Source of the DNA: Obrimoposthia wandeli
Lineage: Eukaryota
Assembly: GCA_977020255.1 (NCBI GenBank)
Contig: CDROCS010004653.1
Coordinates: 1-64,000, forward strand
Length of the DNA stretch: 64,000 bases
Reading direction: 5' to 3'
Made by a program: the position numbers and the translations under genes. The notes beneath the pieces are model-generated. The model ran no database searches. It worked only from the letters and a program-made list of their open reading frames with translations, and was not told the DNA's origin. This document shows positions 59,335-64,000 of this stretch, piece after piece (within the stretch, counting starts at the first letter, position 1; each line of letters starts with the position of its first letter).

Positions 59335-60465
59335 ATGAGCGGTTTAAAACTCAGTGCAGTAAAAAAATCTTTTGGTAGCATTGAAATTATCAAAGGGGTA
59401 GATTTAGATATAAAAGATGGTGAATTTATTGTTTTTGTCGGCCCATCTGGCTGTGGAAAATCTACTTTATTACGTACCATTGCAGGCCTTGAAGATCTTA
59501 GTGCGGGTAGCATTGAAATAGGCGATCGTGTGGTGAATCACATTGACGCTGCTAAACGCGGTATCGCGATGGTTTTTCAATCTTACGCTTTATATCCTCA
59601 TAAAACCGTGCGCGAAAATATGGCTTTTGGCCTAAAAATGAATCGTATAGAAAAGAATGAAGCCGATAAACGCATCCAACACGCCGCGCAAATATTGCAG
59701 CTCGATAGCTTATTAGAGCGCAAGCCTAAGCAGTTATCAGGCGGCCAACGCCAGCGCGTTGCAATAGGCCGTGCGATTGTGCGCGAACCTGAAGTATTCT
59801 TATTTGATGAACCGCTATCTAACTTAGATGCAGAGTTACGCGTAGAAATGCGCGTACAATTAACCCGCTTGCACAGACGCCTAAGCGCCACCATGATTTA
59901 TGTAACCCATGACCAAGTAGAAGCAATGACTATGGCTGATCGCATTGTTGTATTACGCGATGGGCGCATCGAGCAAGTGGGCAGCCCTATGCATTTATAC
60001 AAAAACCCGTGCAATAAATTTGTAGCAGGCTTTTTAGGCTCGCCTAAAATGAACTTTCTGGATGCTCTCATCACCCAGAAATCGAGCCATAACACGCAGA
60101 TTAGTTTGCCAGGTGACATCTGCTTTAACTTACCTTTTGATAGCTCGCTGGCCAATGTTGGCGATAAAGTGACTTTAGGGATTCGCCCAAGTGACTTAGT
60201 GATCACAACCTCACAAGAGCCGTCTCAAAATTCAAACAATGAATTGCAGATAAGCGTAGATGTGAGTGAGCACCTAGGTGGCCAAACGATTGTTTATGGC
60301 AGCTTTTTAGATACAACTATTATTGCTGAAGTAGACAAAGATATGCCTTTAAATTACCAGCAAACGCTGAACCTACAATTGCCTGTTGATAAGTGTCACT
60401 TGTTTGATGAGCAAGGCCTAGCAATGATCCGCGCAGTTGAAAACGACGCCACTGCACAAGGATAA
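59335..60465 (+). CDS. Carbohydrate ABC ATPase (MalK/UgpC-like)
   Basis: GPSGCGKS, LSGGQRQRVAIGRA and DEPLSNLDA motifs; likely start MSGLKL (ORF track 59317). Confidence 0.93.
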   Translation: MSGLKLSAVKKSFGSIEIIKGVDLDIKDGEFIVFVGPSGCGKSTLLRTIAGLEDLSAGSIEIGDRVVNHIDAAKRGIAMVFQSYALYPHKTVRENMAFGLKMNRIEKNEADKRIQHAAQILQLDSLLERKPKQLSGGQRQRVAIGRAIVREPEVFLFDEPLSNLDAELRVEMRVQLTRLHRRLSATMIYVTHDQVEAMTMADRIVVLRDGRIEQVGSPMHLYKNPCNKFVAGFLGSPKMNFLDALITQKSSHNTQISLPGDICFNLPFDSSLANVGDKVTLGIRPSDLVITTSQEPSQNSNNELQISVDVSEHLGGQTIVYGSFLDTTIIAEVDKDMPLNYQQTLNLQLPVDKCHLFDEQGLAMIRAVENDATAQG

Positions 60466-60468
60466 CGC

Positions 60469-61209
60469 GTGTTAATTTCTATTATTGGAACCGGTGATGC
60501 CTATGCCCTTCATCGTGCAAATAGCGCGATTTTAGTAGAGGAGCAGCAATTTAAGCTGCTCATCGACTGCGGCCCAACCGTATGCCAGCAACTGTGGAAA
60601 ACAGCTAACTGGCAACACATCAACGCGCTGTATTTTACCCACTTACATCCAGATCACACATTGGGCTTAACCTCGCTGATTAATCGATTCAACTCTGTAG
60701 GTCGTCGCCAGCCACTGCAAATTTTTTGCCACAAGGGGAAAGAAGAAAGGCTACAACAACTAGTTGAATTCGGCTTCTGGTCAGATCGTGAAAACTACAC
60801 CGTTGAATTTGTCATTATAGATGACGAAGATTTAAGCCAGCCTTTTCAAATCGGCCCTTTTAGCTGTTTAAGCGAGCAAACCCATCATGGCGTCACCAAC
60901 CATGGCTTGGTGCTAGATGATGGACAAAAGCGCTTATTTTATTCGGGCGATGGGTGCATCACTGAGCAAAGCGCTAAATTAATAGCCAACAGCGATTTAG
61001 CCTTTATTGAATGCCAAGCCATGTCATTAGCACAGGGCGCTGGCCATAGCGATTTTGCTAAAGTACTAGAACTTGCTAAGGCTATGCCCGAAGTACCTTT
61101 TCAGCTTTATCATATTGGCGATGCTGATTATTCACCAATGAGCGATGCTGTAAAAGATTTACAGCAAATATCCATTGCCGAACAAGGCGCTGAAATTGAA
61201 CTTAAGTAA
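60469..61209 (+). CDS. RNase Z-like MBL-fold metallo-hydrolase (putative phosphodiesterase)
   Basis: IGTGDA, LIDCG, THLHPDH (HxHxDH), THHG, YSGD and GHS motifs; GTG start 3 bp after the ATPase stop. Confidence 0.85.
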   Translation: MLISIIGTGDAYALHRANSAILVEEQQFKLLIDCGPTVCQQLWKTANWQHINALYFTHLHPDHTLGLTSLINRFNSVGRRQPLQIFCHKGKEERLQQLVEFGFWSDRENYTVEFVIIDDEDLSQPFQIGPFSCLSEQTHHGVTNHGLVLDDGQKRLFYSGDGCITEQSAKLIANSDLAFIECQAMSLAQGAGHSDFAKVLELAKAMPEVPFQLYHIGDADYSPMSDAVKDLQQISIAEQGAEIELK

Positions 61210-61228
61210 CATCTAGACGCTTTCAACA

Positions 61229-61254
61229 AGCGAGCTGTTGTTAAGCAGCTCGCT
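61229..61254 (+). terminator. Hairpin after the ABC/MBL operon
   Basis: AGCGAGCTG / CAGCTCGCT perfect stem. Confidence 0.6.
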
Positions 61255-61278
61255 GGTATTTGCACAAAGCTACTGCGT

Positions 61279-61382
61279 TCTTACCTTCGCCCTTACCTTT
61301 ACCCTTATTTACTTTCTTATCTTCCCTCTTACCTCACCCTTAACTACCTTCTTATCTTCATTAAGCTGATACTTACCCTTGT
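61279..61382 (+). repeat. G-poor, C/T-rich degenerate repeat tract
   Basis: TCTTACCTTCGCCCTTACCTTTACCCTTATTTACTTTCTTATCTTCCCTCTTACC..., recurring CTTA(C/T) units. Confidence 0.5.
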
Positions 61383-61446
61383 TTTATGTAGTATTATGCA
61401 GCCTATCGAACACCTGCGCTCACCCATTTAATAAAAGACTCTACCA

Positions 61447-61929
61447 ATGCTAAATAATATAGATACCTACTTTATCGCGCGCGCCATACACATCATCGCC
61501 ATCGTTTTTTGGATCGGCGGCGTCGCTTTTGTTACTTGTGTATTAATACCTGCCATTAAAGAAATCAACAGCGCTGAAGATAAGCTAGAGCTATTTGAAA
61601 AGCTAGAAAGCCGCTTTGCTACACAAGCCAAAATCAGCACCGTGCTTAGCGCCCTTTCCGGCTTTTACATGCTCAATTTTTTACAAGCCTGGCCAAGATA
61701 CGCATCTATCGATTATTGGTGGATAACGTTAATGACTGTTGTTTGGCTAATTTTCAGCTGCGTACTGTTTATATTCGAGCCATGGTTTTTACATAAATGG
61801 TTTAAGCGTAGTGCGCAAAAAGACAGTGTTAAAACCTTCAGGTACCTGCATATAATGCACATTATTTTGCTTAGCATTAGTGTGATTGCCGTGGCAGGAG
61901 GTGTGCTGGGAAGTCATGGTTATTTATAG
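61447..61929 (+). CDS. Conserved-type 4-TM membrane protein (CopD/DUF4149-like, tentative)
   Basis: ARAIHIIAIVFWIGG start, His residues in TMs, ends GSHG. Confidence 0.65.
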   Translation: MLNNIDTYFIARAIHIIAIVFWIGGVAFVTCVLIPAIKEINSAEDKLELFEKLESRFATQAKISTVLSALSGFYMLNFLQAWPRYASIDYWWITLMTVVWLIFSCVLFIFEPWFLHKWFKRSAQKDSVKTFRYLHIMHIILLSISVIAVAGGVLGSHGYL

Positions 61930-62381
61930 CTAGAATTCCTAGCTGTTTGAGTTTTATGACGTAGCTAAGTGATAACTTTAGTGACTTACTCTTGGGAGTT
62001 ATTTCAGGGTGTACTGTCACTTTTATTAGATACATTGGTGACACTTTTCCAAACAGGTAGTTTATTTATGTCTGTCTTTGAATATTTATGTAGCTTTGTA
62101 AATCAACTGATTTAAGACTCCTCGATATACTCTTGTATTACGCACTTTTTTAAATATTTTTATTAGCCATCTCACATCATAACAATTCATAATATTACCC
62201 TTTCGATGCGAACAAAGCATATCGTCTCATTTTCTATACAAATAATCTCAATTAAACGCAGCTTTATTTACATTTCGTGCCGCCTGCTTGATGATAAGCC
62301 CAGTCAGCTACAACGACTAAATTAATTTTCAACTTACCTGCCAGCGGCTAGCAAACTAGCACAGAGCTAAAATATTGATAG

Positions 62382-62900
62382 GTGAATAATATGTCTAAAA
62401 TTACAGCTAAAAAATTCTTAAAGAACAGCGGTATTACAACAGTGGCACTATTAGCATCACTGTCACTTCCCAATTTAGCCTCTGCAGCCGATGAGCACAA
62501 CGTGGCACCTGGTTTAACAGCAGTAGGTGCCCCTTTAGGATTGCATGGTGCCGACCCTGTTGCAGCGATTACCCGTGGAGAAGCAAGCGAAGGATTGTCA
62601 CAATTCACATCTAAACATGATGGCGTGGCTTATTATTTTAGTGATGCTGTCAGCCAGAGTGAATTTGAGAAAAATCCTGCACAATACATCCCTCAAAATG
62701 GTGGATTTTGCACCTTTGGTGTCTCTGTTGGTAAGAAATTTGACGGTGATCCAAACTTCGCCAGCATCATTAAAGGTAAGCTTTACGTCTTTCTGAACGA
62801 AGAGATTTACAACCTATATCTTAAAGATGAGGCAGGCGTTATCGCTAAAGCTGACACTCAATGGCAGAAAATTCAACACACTGCCGCAGCTTCGCTTTAA
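62382..62900 (+). CDS. Secreted YHS-domain protein
   Basis: Signal peptide, GADPV, GVAYYFS...FEKNPAQYIPQNGGFCTFG and GKLYVF motifs. Confidence 0.85.
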   Translation: MNNMSKITAKKFLKNSGITTVALLASLSLPNLASAADEHNVAPGLTAVGAPLGLHGADPVAAITRGEASEGLSQFTSKHDGVAYYFSDAVSQSEFEKNPAQYIPQNGGFCTFGVSVGKKFDGDPNFASIIKGKLYVFLNEEIYNLYLKDEAGVIAKADTQWQKIQHTAAASL

Positions 62901-62926
62901 AACATTAACACTGCATACTTCACAAA

Positions 62927-62954
62927 GTCGATACTAATGATCTACAGTATCGAC
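62927..62954 (+). terminator. Hairpin after the YHS gene
   Basis: GTCGATACT / AGTATCGAC perfect stem. Confidence 0.55.
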
Positions 62955-63112
62955 ATTGTTATATGTAGAAAGCGATTCATGGCATGCTCGAAAGCATCTA
63001 GTATTGAATTATTAAGAATATTATATTTTCCACTACTTACAACTAGAGAAAGATAGAAAGAGCTATTTCTTTGCTGCTCTAGCCTTTTTTATCCTTTGAA
63101 AATTGTTGGTGC

Positions 63113-63150
63113 AAGCAGTAATAGCCGCTCATGAGTGGCTATTACTGCTT
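63113..63150. terminator. Long hairpin between convergent genes
   Basis: AAGCAGTAATAGCC ... GGCTATTACTGCTT, 14-bp perfect stem. Confidence 0.6.
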
Positions 63151-63289
63151 ACCTTATCACTCCAATAAAGCAACTTCTCACTTGTATCTTTGAGCGATAT
63201 CTCTCTCGACTCTTTAGTATAAAATATTCACACCTATTGCTGCCTTTGCATACCTAAATCCAATTTATACGCCAGCGTGATAAAGCCCT

Positions 63290-64000
63290 TTAAGCACTTT
63301 TTGACAACAACTGAGCATCAACATAAAGTTGGCCGTGGCGCGTTTGCTCTAAGCTTGTTAATACTTTGTAGCTCTCCCCTAATACCGGCATTGACAAGAC
63401 TTCACTTGCTGGACCACTGACTTGTATTTTACCGTTATTTAAGAGTATTAAACGATCGCAGTATTTAGCGGCTAAGTTAACATCATGCAGCGCTGCAATG
63501 GTAATCAGCCCCTTGCTGATGGTTAAGTTGCGCACCACATCTAAAATCGCCAATTGATGATGCAGATCTAGCGCGCTGGTAGGCTCATCCAACAACACCA
63601 CTTTAGGGTCAACCACTAAAATACGCGCCATTGCCACTAGCTGCTTTTGCCCACCACTGAGTTCGCAGATATCCTTATCTGCCAAGTGATCAATAGCTAA
63701 GGTACTTAATATTTCAGACACTTTAAATAAATCTTGTTGTTTAACCCGCCATTTAGAACGCTGCTTTAAAGCCAGTAACACTGATTCAAACACTGACAAG
63801 GCTAAATTCGTATGAAACTGCTGCGATAAATAAGCAACATTGCCTGCTCTTGCGGTGCGTGATAATTTTGCAAGATTTACACTATTGAGATAAAGCTCCC
63901 CTGCATCACTTTTAATCAATCCTGCTAACGCTTTAAATAAAGTCGATTTACCCGCGGCGTTGGGCCCTAATAAACCGGTAAAACTGCCCGGTTCTAACCC
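63290..64000 (-). CDS. Iron-siderophore/cobalamin ABC ATPase (FecE/BtuD-like), 5' end outside the window
   Basis: Frame continues to the window edge with Walker A GPNAAGKS; LSGGQKQLV, LLDEPTSALD and LHDVNLAAKYCD motifs. Confidence 0.9.
   Translation of the reverse strand, partial: GLEPGSFTGLLGPNAAGKSTLFKALAGLIKSDAGELYLNSVNLAKLSRTARAGNVAYLSQQFHTNLALSVFESVLLALKQRSKWRVKQQDLFKVSEILSTLAIDHLADKDICELSGGQKQLVAMARILVVDPKVVLLDEPTSALDLHHQLAILDVVRNLTISKGLITIAALHDVNLAAKYCDRLILLNNGKIQVSGPASEVLSMPVLGESYKVLTSLEQTRHGQLYVDAQLLSKSA

Noticed and set aside
899-62796. The many short ORFs antisense to or nested in long genes
   Set aside because: They overlap well-supported genes and lack motifs; treated as shadow ORFs

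Overview
AT-rich bacterial chromosome segment. Gene content and style suggest a marine gammaproteobacterium (Alteromonadales-like; inference only). No rRNA, tRNA, CRISPR array, integrase or transposase gene was seen. Bases 1-28 kb form an accessory patchwork: MFS transporters, an entericidin, hemB, four stand-alone periplasmic binding proteins, HxlR/GST/OYE, an RstAB-like two-component system with RstA-type boxes, several regulators and one AraC pseudogene. This part carries two families of non-autonomous miniature inverted-repeat elements (MITEs). Family 1 is ~153 bp with 9-bp target duplications and paired IHF-like sites (6 copies plus a solitary end). Family 2 is 157 bp, forms a hairpin with compensatory base changes and sits in CTANNTAG targets (2 copies). 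Bases 28.7-38.9 kb hold an uncharacterised catabolic module (atypical enolase-superfamily enzyme, GMC oxidoreductase, ALDH, beta-hydroxyacid dehydrogenase, LysR). It is interrupted by an EamA/AraC cassette bounded by a 61-bp duplication of the GMC gene 3' end and by a stand-alone TyrA. Bases 38.9-51.9 kb are a polyamine/agmatine gamma-glutamylation locus with PotFGHI and a GntR operator. Bases 53.6-61.2 kb are a LacI-controlled sugar ABC system packaged with an inositol-monophosphatase-family enzyme and an RNase Z-like metallo-hydrolase, possibly for a phosphorylated sugar or polyol. All functional calls come from motif reading; no database search was run.
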